Below, in pieces: positions 57,801-64,000 of a stretch of DNA of 64,000 nt (position 1 is its first letter; each line of letters starts with the position of its first letter). A model generated the notes under the pieces. That model did no database searches, was not told the DNA's origin, and saw nothing but the letters and a program-made list of their open reading frames with translations. The DNA lies in assembly GCA_030530425.1 (NCBI GenBank), contig JAUMVA010000001.1:16132-80131 (forward strand). Reading direction: 5' to 3'. The DNA comes from Candidatus Saccharimonadota bacterium (GTDB taxonomy: Bacteria > Patescibacteriota > Saccharimonadia > Saccharimonadales > Saccharimonadaceae). A program made the translations under genes and the position numbers.

Positions 57801-57852
57801 ATATTGTGATAAAAAAAATGCTGATAAAATGTCGAAATTTTGAAGATATCAT
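54826..57852 (-). CDS. VirB6/TrbL-like polytopic T4SS membrane protein, paralog 4 of 4, with large N-terminal (about 400 aa) and C-terminal (about 330 aa) extracytoplasmic extensions
   Basis: 1008 aa. Signal peptide; central polytopic core (…IILILVFIIMIFGTITNFRNGNYHFRRLLPRLAIFALLINLSYFLIAGAADMSNIVGDSLAALL…VRDAVFVILVLIMPIALASLI…) is alignable to the three upstream paralogs. Confidence 0.6.
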   Translation of the reverse strand: MISSKFRHFISIFFITILMTLSITAQANASIKYEKFNIDTQYPKSNKLSKEETIDQIVIFAKYLYQELENCKGPTTKDFKNDVVYCPNIFEAERIRLAFLAFLASYIDTKLVETETKNNPDFVRIIDNSASGDTNTGAYPEFYTPKLDENNIFYTKYNILAARILHATANKEEDDILYERIGHLNNGIDPETIIWGQKIGQYQSDPAPKMPDNLSELCKDENEHILQYKWKRFFIESGNEAEADKKLTDFLDNIGCKYSEGNDNKALSIHALVNASGQDLINLSLFEAPNIDDNGTNGTTDPQSDFIKVDYKLGLFLTTMMSNPDNVRKILDHRRDIDIIKRWLPFNAYEMNFFFNSENAFANPADTANQYYKTSSACLFRGVTALFICAPTRFMTNTATGGMKIVGDALRLKTEIFVKTSKKTGSVILHDAWKFFRNFSNIILILVFIIMIFGTITNFRNGNYHFRRLLPRLAIFALLINLSYFLIAGAADMSNIVGDSLAALLAKLGSVDYGSFLITLGAEILAGSSLFLLFGSAVFTAAIFIPIIIVVFLTVLIAFVMLAVRDAVFVILVLIMPIALASLITASSNKLFSLWSKTMTSILMFYPMASALIGAAGFVAKIMYQSGGVVVILSPLPIIASYLALPKLLLTMINSIPLIGSKVGSLASSIPQSAREKYEKTNFHQQVQQAHLNRQRQMQRGSKTPLQKVRRQISNFGTGVVGNLHNLTPEAMLRNKGFKFNQGDYFDYKSTIPEIDEKAFTEVLNLGKDQTLLGENVAQSIIKNLITSDPDFVHDNSFSSDLSYVNSSSMTTAENDQTSTFLNSIKSNPNIILSSMVSMADNGHGDFDDIRRASQIYLNRGGDSELLKATFKTIDKMYEKEDKQAPASLVRQLYKRVEKTNGATLEQALNGETHTTAAPGNEMNFVKETSTINKTDLENNRINIISDSFADRTNWMKFKGYASGSLEDVAFKQFIAGFHSGPVRDQQIDRICKTVTSQKGLKYLDSFR

Positions 57853-59789
57853 TTTGCATTCTCCATTGCGCGACTAGTACGAGCACTCATTTCAGCGTTA
57901 GCTTGTGCAGTTTTAACAGTGTTGGCAAATAGCGGTTCACTATGATAAAGAGCTTTAAAGACAGCTTGACCATCACTACCGTTATCAAGAGTCTTATAAT
58001 TCATAATAACTAAATCATCAGAATTTAGTTTTTCAAATCCTTCTTTCATGTAAGTTTGTCGGTTCGCATTTCGCGTAGCCATATTAGAGTCAAGCTGATT
58101 GTTTTTTTGCAATCCAGCAATATAAGACGAAGTATCGTAACGACCTTTATTACTCGAAGCAACACGAATCTTTTCAGATAAATCACTAATAGATGATTTA
58201 GTAACGCCACCATTTTTGCTTGCGTATAACATTGCTTCATCATAGCTTCTACTATCTAAACTACCGCGTTTAGCTGAACCTAATGCTCCGGCCATAGCTA
58301 ATTGTGACATATCATTACCAGTTAAACCAGCTGCAGCAATTGCTTGTCGTGCACTAGCAGATAATCCCGTAGTATTAATTGAACTATTACCTGCTGCAAT
58401 GGCGGCTTGAATTGCTACAGAATCACTCTCACTTAATCGATCACTCAAAGAGTCAATTTGAGAGTTTGCTCGCTGATTTATCTCATCTAGCCGAGCTTGG
58501 CCAGTCAATGTTTTGTTTGATATAACGCCTTGTAATTTACTATTACCGCGCAAAAAAATATTTTTACCTCTGTATTGACCAGAATTCACTTGATCAGTAC
58601 GAAATTGATCACGTTTTTTACGCATAGTCATATAACCGCTATTATTGAATTTTTTATTACTCCAATTTTGAAATTTACCAAGTGTGTTGCTAATTTTAGA
58701 ACCGACTAATGGCATTGACGCAATGGCACTTTTGACTAAATTTGGTGCAAAAACCATTGGCATAGCTGACATAATAAAGGCTAGAGCTTGGGTAATAATA
58801 CCATTATTACTACGAGCTAATATTGCACTAACAAGGCTGGAAGCACCAAATAACATGCCCATAATTGGAAACATCATACAAACAACTGTCATGCCCTTTT
58901 TCCAGGTTTTATAAATATTCTCAGCGTTTGGAAAAATTAATGCTAAGAAGGCAATTGGCGACATAATAATTAAAATGACAGCAATCGCTTCTCGAGCAAT
59001 TAAAAAGAGTAGTGTTATTATTACAGTAATAATAAATGCGAATAACATTGTAAATATTGTAGTTAATAATCGTGTTTGTAGAGAAGCTATCGCAATCGAA
59101 AAAACTGCTGCAATTAAAATTGCTGCTCCAACACCACCTTTTGTACCACCTTCAGCGAGTAGTACATTTTCAAAAGTCTTAAACAAAGACGCGATACTAG
59201 TACCAATAATATTTGATAAGTCAATTAAAATTAATGATAGATAAAATGATAAATTAATCAAAACTGCTGCCATAATAACTTTTGGTAAAGCTTTTTTAAT
59301 ACTGTAATTATTTAGCCCATAGCCTGTTAATTGGCTAAAAATCATGACTAAAAAGAAAATTACTAATCCAGAATTGGCTAAATTGCGAACTTGCCCCCAA
59401 CTTGCTCGGTTTGATTTTTGAGAAACGTTTTCAGGATTAATATAGAAGAAAGTTTGTAAAAAACTAAAAGATGAATCAGCTATATTACCAACTAATTCAA
59501 AAAGTGGACAAATTAGCCAACCTAATAAACCAACATTACACTTTGTATTATTGCTACAGACTTCAGTTGCAGATTTTTTTTCTTCTTCAGAAGGGTTTTT
59601 CTTGTCTTTAAGATATATTTTAACACATTCATCGATATTATTTTGAGTGTCTATACTATCTTTGAAAGGTCCAGATGTCGCTTCGGCTTGATTAGAAAAA
59701 AAATTAACAATTAATAAACAACTTAATAATATAAAACTAATAAACTTTAGCTTTTTAAACATAGTATCATTATACAATATTAAGTTCAT
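57849..59789 (-). CDS. VirB6/TrbL-like polytopic T4SS membrane protein, paralog 3 of 4
   Basis: 646 aa. Signal peptide, Cys-rich N-domain, core …VIFFLVMIFSQLTGYGLNNYSIKKALPKVIMAAVLINLSFYLSLILIDLSNIIGTSIASLF… and …AREAIAVILIIMSPIAFLALIFPNAENIYKTWKKG…; Ala/Ser-rich C-terminal domain. ATGA-coupled to flanking paralogs. Confidence 0.6.
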   Translation of the reverse strand: MNLILYNDTMFKKLKFISFILLSCLLIVNFFSNQAEATSGPFKDSIDTQNNIDECVKIYLKDKKNPSEEEKKSATEVCSNNTKCNVGLLGWLICPLFELVGNIADSSFSFLQTFFYINPENVSQKSNRASWGQVRNLANSGLVIFFLVMIFSQLTGYGLNNYSIKKALPKVIMAAVLINLSFYLSLILIDLSNIIGTSIASLFKTFENVLLAEGGTKGGVGAAILIAAVFSIAIASLQTRLLTTIFTMLFAFIITVIITLLFLIAREAIAVILIIMSPIAFLALIFPNAENIYKTWKKGMTVVCMMFPIMGMLFGASSLVSAILARSNNGIITQALAFIMSAMPMVFAPNLVKSAIASMPLVGSKISNTLGKFQNWSNKKFNNSGYMTMRKKRDQFRTDQVNSGQYRGKNIFLRGNSKLQGVISNKTLTGQARLDEINQRANSQIDSLSDRLSESDSVAIQAAIAAGNSSINTTGLSASARQAIAAAGLTGNDMSQLAMAGALGSAKRGSLDSRSYDEAMLYASKNGGVTKSSISDLSEKIRVASSNKGRYDTSSYIAGLQKNNQLDSNMATRNANRQTYMKEGFEKLNSDDLVIMNYKTLDNGSDGQAVFKALYHSEPLFANTVKTAQANAEMSARTSRAMENAK

Positions 59790-62722
59790 AATGTGACTCC
59801 GTTGTTTTTTGCGATTTGTTCGACGATTCGCTTGCGCATAGATTGATTTACTACGGAATTAATTGGATGAGTGCTTCTTAATGAATTTAATAAATCAGTA
59901 TCAAAACAGAGAATTTTTTTCGTTTCTTCGTCTAATTCGTCATAATTATCAATAAAGGTATCACGCATATTTTCATCATTGTATAGTTCCTCAATAAATA
60001 CGTGATTAGCAACTGTATTTCTTTCGACATATTGGGCGCGTAATTTTGCCACAAAATTCTCTGATTTACTTGGCGTGGCTTGAACGAGAGAACGTAGCCC
60101 AATTTTAGTTTGTTCCTTAATTTCAGATTGCAAATTAAAATTAGGATCAGTGACGCTGAGTGGAGTAGATGATTCGGCTTTATCAATATTGTCTAGATTA
60201 AAGCCAGCATAATGATTAGTTTGATTTCGATGAGCATTCATGATACCGATAGTACGAAAATCTCCCATCGATTGTAAGTTATTAACTGTTGTATCAAAAC
60301 GATCTTTAGCCTGAACAGAGTCTTCAGGTAATGAATTATTTGCGTCTTGAATATCTCGACTAATATCTCTAGAAAAATTACGTACTCCTTGAATTGCTTG
60401 CTGTAATTTATTGCCGCTTGGGGTAATATTAGGTTGTGCGCCAGATGCAGCATTTAAGCTGCGTAAAATATCTTTGGTCGAATGCTGAGTGGTCAGATTA
60501 GAAGTTTTCTTATCTTTAATAGTTTGCTGTTGAACATTTGCCATAACTCGTCCAATTTGTTGTGGTGTGAATTGACGTCGCAATAAATTATACTGTTGCT
60601 GACCATTAGCGGACAAATCAGCTGGTTCTTTGCCATCGTGAATTGCTTGAATAATTTTATCTGCATCACTCGGAATAAATAATTTGGCTTTAGCTTCTAA
60701 TTTTTTATCTAGTTGCTGCTGTGCAGCTAAAGCGTTATGAACACTAAATTTTCCTAATGATTTAGCTTCACGTTCTAATTTACGATTAGTTTTTAGTTCC
60801 TGTTTCATTTTATAGCCAACACTGTTTTTATAACGATTTAAAGAACCCGTAACTATTGCCAACGGCATAACTGACGGTATTTTATTAACTATCGGCATAT
60901 TGGATAGTACTTTGATATTTGATATAGCTCTTAAAGCAACATAAGGCGATGCGATTAAAGAGCCAGAAAAGGCTAGTTTTGCTAAGATAAATTGAATATT
61001 TTTGTCCAAACCAGAACCGCTAGTAGCACTGACTAAAATATTATGTGCTAGCTTTCCCCCGCCAATTAACATTGCCATACAAACAAAAATTGTTAACGTT
61101 GCGAATAACGCTCGCCACCAAATTTGACTTACGCGATTAGTATTTGGAAAAATCATTGATGCAAATGCTAGAGGCGAAGTTATAACTAAAATTATTATTA
61201 GGGCATTTCGTATAGTTAATAAAATAACATTGATTAGACCAGCTAGAACGGTTAAAATCATTGCTAAAATTAACATCAGCAATGAGACTAAATGAGCTAA
61301 AAACGCTCCAGTGCTGGCGTTAGCTCTGGATACAAAAGTAGCCGAACTTTCGAGTTCGCTACCGGCAAATAAAGAATAAACTCCCTGTCCTAAAATATTA
61401 GAAAAATCAATAAATATTTGTGAAAAATAGAATGACAAATTGATCACAATTGCTGCCAAAATTAATTTTGGCAACGCGCTTTTAATGCCATAATTTGACA
61501 ATCCGAAGTTAGTTAATTGAGAAAAAACGATAACCAAAAAAGCAATAATCATCATCGCATTTGCTATGTTGCGAAATTGTTTCCAAATTGGTTTAACAAT
61601 TGCATCTTTTGTTGTTTGGGTGGTAATTGGCAGAAAATCGTGATTGAGCACCTCGAATATGCCATCACTGGCTTTGGCTAAAAAATCACCAACAGTAGTC
61701 AGCAGCCAGCTTAAAGGTCCGAGTGAACCCTTCTTATATTCTCCTATTATATTTTTATCGTCAGCGCCATAATCTAATAAGTTAAATTGTTTATTAGCTG
61801 CTTTTTCAATGACATCATTCATTTTTATGAGTTGTTCTTCATTAATTGCCGATAAAACTGCATTTATTTCGGCGCTTGTTGTAACTCCGTTATCAATTAC
61901 ATTCCAAGCCATTTGTCGTAAATAAACCGGCAATAATTTTTCATTTTTGAATATGCTGTCACTTTTGTCTGCTTTAGTGTTTAAGACATCGCTACAAACG
62001 TTTAATGCCTTTTTGTTATTTAATAACGAAGGTAATTTTTCGCATGAGTTTATAAAAGCAGTTACAAAAAGTGGTAAATCATTTTTTAAGCCAGTGATAT
62101 TCTCACTAATAAACATTAAGCGTTTTTTTGGATCCTCATGATAAGACTTTAGTTTTTCAGACATCTCTTGATCAGTCTTTTTTGCTTTTTCATTACTGAT
62201 TACTCGCCAATAAAAACTTTCACTTTCGTTTCCAATTTTTACAATGTCATTAGAAAACCATTTTGGGGAATTATGTGTGTAAATAGTACCAACTCCTTGC
62301 CCAATATGCTCACTAGTAATATAATCTAGAGAACAACCTGGCAAATCGTAATCCAACATATCGTCTGGTTTGTCGGAACTATGTCGAGAATATTGTGAAA
62401 AACTGCCAAATAAATAAAGCTGAAAAATTAATTTTAGATACTTTTTAGTTTGTTCTAGATTATCATCATTGCAGATTGAGTCTGGTTTTATTTGACCATA
62501 ACATAATGAGTAATAAGCATGTGTATATTTTGCAACTGTATATAAGGTGTCAGTATCAATATCTTTGTTATGTTTTTTAAATTTATTAACAAGGTCGTTT
62601 TTTATTTTTTCAACCACATTTTTAGCAGAACCAGTAGCTTTAGCTGGCTGATTTACAGAAAAAAACATGTTTCCAAAACATAGAATTACGAAGTATAAAA
62701 TTAAAAGTAATTTCTTTTTCAT
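59786..62722 (-). CDS. VirB6/TrbL-like polytopic T4SS membrane protein, paralog 2 of 4, with about 380-aa N-terminal and about 400-aa C-terminal extensions
   Basis: 978 aa. Core …IIAFLVIVFSQLTNFGLSNYGIKSALPKLILAAIVINLSFYFSQIFIDFSNILGQGVYSLF… is nearly colinear with paralog 3. …IRNALIIILVITSPLAFASMIFPNTNRVSQIWWRA… is also shared. Confidence 0.6.
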   Translation of the reverse strand: MKKKLLLILYFVILCFGNMFFSVNQPAKATGSAKNVVEKIKNDLVNKFKKHNKDIDTDTLYTVAKYTHAYYSLCYGQIKPDSICNDDNLEQTKKYLKLIFQLYLFGSFSQYSRHSSDKPDDMLDYDLPGCSLDYITSEHIGQGVGTIYTHNSPKWFSNDIVKIGNESESFYWRVISNEKAKKTDQEMSEKLKSYHEDPKKRLMFISENITGLKNDLPLFVTAFINSCEKLPSLLNNKKALNVCSDVLNTKADKSDSIFKNEKLLPVYLRQMAWNVIDNGVTTSAEINAVLSAINEEQLIKMNDVIEKAANKQFNLLDYGADDKNIIGEYKKGSLGPLSWLLTTVGDFLAKASDGIFEVLNHDFLPITTQTTKDAIVKPIWKQFRNIANAMMIIAFLVIVFSQLTNFGLSNYGIKSALPKLILAAIVINLSFYFSQIFIDFSNILGQGVYSLFAGSELESSATFVSRANASTGAFLAHLVSLLMLILAMILTVLAGLINVILLTIRNALIIILVITSPLAFASMIFPNTNRVSQIWWRALFATLTIFVCMAMLIGGGKLAHNILVSATSGSGLDKNIQFILAKLAFSGSLIASPYVALRAISNIKVLSNMPIVNKIPSVMPLAIVTGSLNRYKNSVGYKMKQELKTNRKLEREAKSLGKFSVHNALAAQQQLDKKLEAKAKLFIPSDADKIIQAIHDGKEPADLSANGQQQYNLLRRQFTPQQIGRVMANVQQQTIKDKKTSNLTTQHSTKDILRSLNAASGAQPNITPSGNKLQQAIQGVRNFSRDISRDIQDANNSLPEDSVQAKDRFDTTVNNLQSMGDFRTIGIMNAHRNQTNHYAGFNLDNIDKAESSTPLSVTDPNFNLQSEIKEQTKIGLRSLVQATPSKSENFVAKLRAQYVERNTVANHVFIEELYNDENMRDTFIDNYDELDEETKKILCFDTDLLNSLRSTHPINSVVNQSMRKRIVEQIAKNNGVTL

Positions 62723-64000
62723 TTTTTTCTCCCAATTTCGATGTTTTTTATGGCTTCTTGGGCAGTTCGAGAAACATTTGAGCTGTAGGTATTAGCAACG
62801 CCTATAATAATTTTTCCGACCACTTTCTGAGTCTCTGGATTCATAAAATCAAAATTTCGACCGAGTGACTCAGTATATGTTCCATGCCAAGTCAGATTTC
62901 CTGAAGCATAGCTTAAATCATCATTTGCTATACGAGTCAATGCCTCTTCTACAATTGAGTAAGTTGGAGCTGGATGACGATCGGTAGCAATAAAGTTAGT
63001 ACTGTTAAAATTATCAGCCTTAATCGATGTACTTGGTGTTTTTTGCAAAACACTAACAGTCTCATTTAAGAGTTGTTCATGATCAATTGGTGCGCTCATA
63101 GCTGATGTAAGTGAAGATTTAGTTGCTGTATTGGCATCATAATTTAATAAGGCGGCTGTTGAAACTTGTCCTGACTTGCGTGCCATAGCAGCTGCTCCAC
63201 GCATTTGAGCTATAATAGTGCCGTCATCAGAACCAGTTTTTTCAGCTCCAGTAACAATTTTTCGTAATAAGGTTTGGTCGGTAAAACCGTGCTTGCCGAC
63301 TGTATTAACCGCGCTGAAATAAAATAAATTATCTTTTCTTGCCCCTAGGTTAGTTAGCATTTTGAATTTTTGTTGTTGGGCGTTGTCTAAACCAGTGTCG
63401 CTATTATCGATAAAAGCCTGTAATAATTGGCGATCATTTCCGATAATATTACTATATTGTTGCTGAACCTGTGCATCTTTGCATAATTGTTGTTGCATTA
63501 AACGTTGACCAGCTCCGGCTGTTAAAAAGTTAAATGTTCGGCTTTTTAATATTTTTTTTGAAAAACGACTTTTGCTTACTTTAGAGTCAAAAGCTCGTTG
63601 TAAATTGCCTGAAATATTTTTATTAATCGTTGACTCACGACCTATTTTAGTGGTCATTTTAGTTCCTAATTTGCCAGCTGAAGTCAATTTATTTTTTATT
63701 AATTCTAATCCATTTAAGCTAGTAATTAAGACAAATGGTGCCAAACAAGTAGTCAAAACGGGCATAATTAAAGCAAGTAGGCGCAGGATTGTGTCCCCGC
63801 TTATTGCTAGCAGAAGCGACTTCAACAGAACACCTGACCCTACTAATAAACACATAATTGGATAAACGAGTAGTACGTTAGTAAAATTCTTTCTCCATGT
63901 GTCAAATAATCTTTCAGTAAAAGGAAATAATAATGACACAAAAACTATTGGCATCAGGACTACTAATAAAATCATCAAAGCTTGTCGAAAAGCTAATAAC
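62719..64000 (-). CDS. VirB6/TrbL-like polytopic T4SS membrane protein, paralog 1 of 4 (3' part only; ORF stays open to the window edge)
   Basis: The minus-strand frame stays open upstream of the ORF-track TTG (…LLAFRQALMILLVVLMPIVFVSLLFPFTERLFDTWRKN…). This aligns with AREAIAVILIIMSPIAFLALIFPNAENIYKTWKKG of paralog 3, which is mid-protein, so the N-terminal part lies outside the window. Confidence 0.55.
   Translation of the reverse strand, partial: LLAFRQALMILLVVLMPIVFVSLLFPFTERLFDTWRKNFTNVLLVYPIMCLLVGSGVLLKSLLLAISGDTILRLLALIMPVLTTCLAPFVLITSLNGLELIKNKLTSAGKLGTKMTTKIGRESTINKNISGNLQRAFDSKVSKSRFSKKILKSRTFNFLTAGAGQRLMQQQLCKDAQVQQQYSNIIGNDRQLLQAFIDNSDTGLDNAQQQKFKMLTNLGARKDNLFYFSAVNTVGKHGFTDQTLLRKIVTGAEKTGSDDGTIIAQMRGAAAMARKSGQVSTAALLNYDANTATKSSLTSAMSAPIDHEQLLNETVSVLQKTPSTSIKADNFNSTNFIATDRHPAPTYSIVEEALTRIANDDLSYASGNLTWHGTYTESLGRNFDFMNPETQKVVGKIIIGVANTYSSNVSRTAQEAIKNIEIGRKK

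Noticed and set aside
5199-63865. Numerous 60-120-aa ORFs embedded antisense or out of frame within larger genes (for example 5199..5459, 6078..6275, 6450..6656, 8599..8826, 9183..9371, 14837..15169, 15900..16085, 17782..18144, 18555..18989, 19498..19746, 20785..20970, 22791..22979, 23063..23314, 24050..24262, 24487..24687, 25296..25511, 26089..26439, 26118..26336, 28888..29094, 32530..32824, 38828..39025, 55692..55877, 56084..56740, 57692..57877, 58046..58243, 58684..59244, 59932..60453, 61947..62141, 63572..63865)
   Set aside because: Each lies wholly inside a longer ORF with clear family-level similarity or strong membrane-protein character on the other strand or frame. Their low-complexity A/T-rich translations are typical of shadow ORFs in a low-GC genome.
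1-64000. CRISPR arrays, IS elements, integrases, prophage or toxin-antitoxin modules
   Set aside because: No regularly spaced direct repeats, transposase/integrase-like ORFs, phage structural genes or small paired toxin/antitoxin ORFs were found on either strand. The T4SS cluster lacks relaxase, coupling-protein and integrase genes within the window, so it was not called a mobile element.

Overview
This is a low-GC (about one third G+C), gene-dense bacterial chromosomal window containing the replication origin neighbourhood (rpmH-rnpA-yidC-jag on the minus strand, then DnaA-box clusters flanking dnaA-dnaN-recF on the plus strand). The gene content and organisation resemble an episymbiotic Candidate Phyla Radiation genome of the Saccharibacteria/TM7 type; that placement is inference from the features below, not a database hit. 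Other content: ruvB; two tRNA-CAT genes and a tRNA-Asn; Asp/Asn-tRNA ligase; a DsbA-like oxidoreductase; and a complete arginine deiminase operon (arcA-arcB-arcD-arcC) with a YfcC-type antiporter. There is a SipW-type signal peptidase fused to a LamG domain next to a TasA/camelysin-like cognate substrate; galE; a glutamine-type ABC transporter with fused binding-protein/permease; MscS; an AsnB-type amidotransferase fused to a CofE-like gamma-glutamyl-ligase domain next to a DUF1846 protein; and a Wzx/Wzy-type cell-envelope polysaccharide cluster (glycosyltransferases, pyruvyl transferase, LCP ligase) carrying two disrupted genes (a frameshift-split CapA and an in-frame-TAA GT2). The most striking feature starts immediately after recF at 46.3 kb and runs to the window end: a minus-strand, translationally coupled type IV secretion-like gene cluster. 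It comprises a VirB4 ATPase split into two ORFs, a PrgI/VirB3-like protein with a Q/N-rich tail, a GH73 + C39-like peptidoglycan hydrolase, a large membrane-anchored extracellular protein, and four tandem, clearly paralogous VirB6/TrbL-like polytopic proteins with large divergent extracytoplasmic extensions (the fourth runs off the window). No CRISPR arrays, transposases or integrases were recognised.
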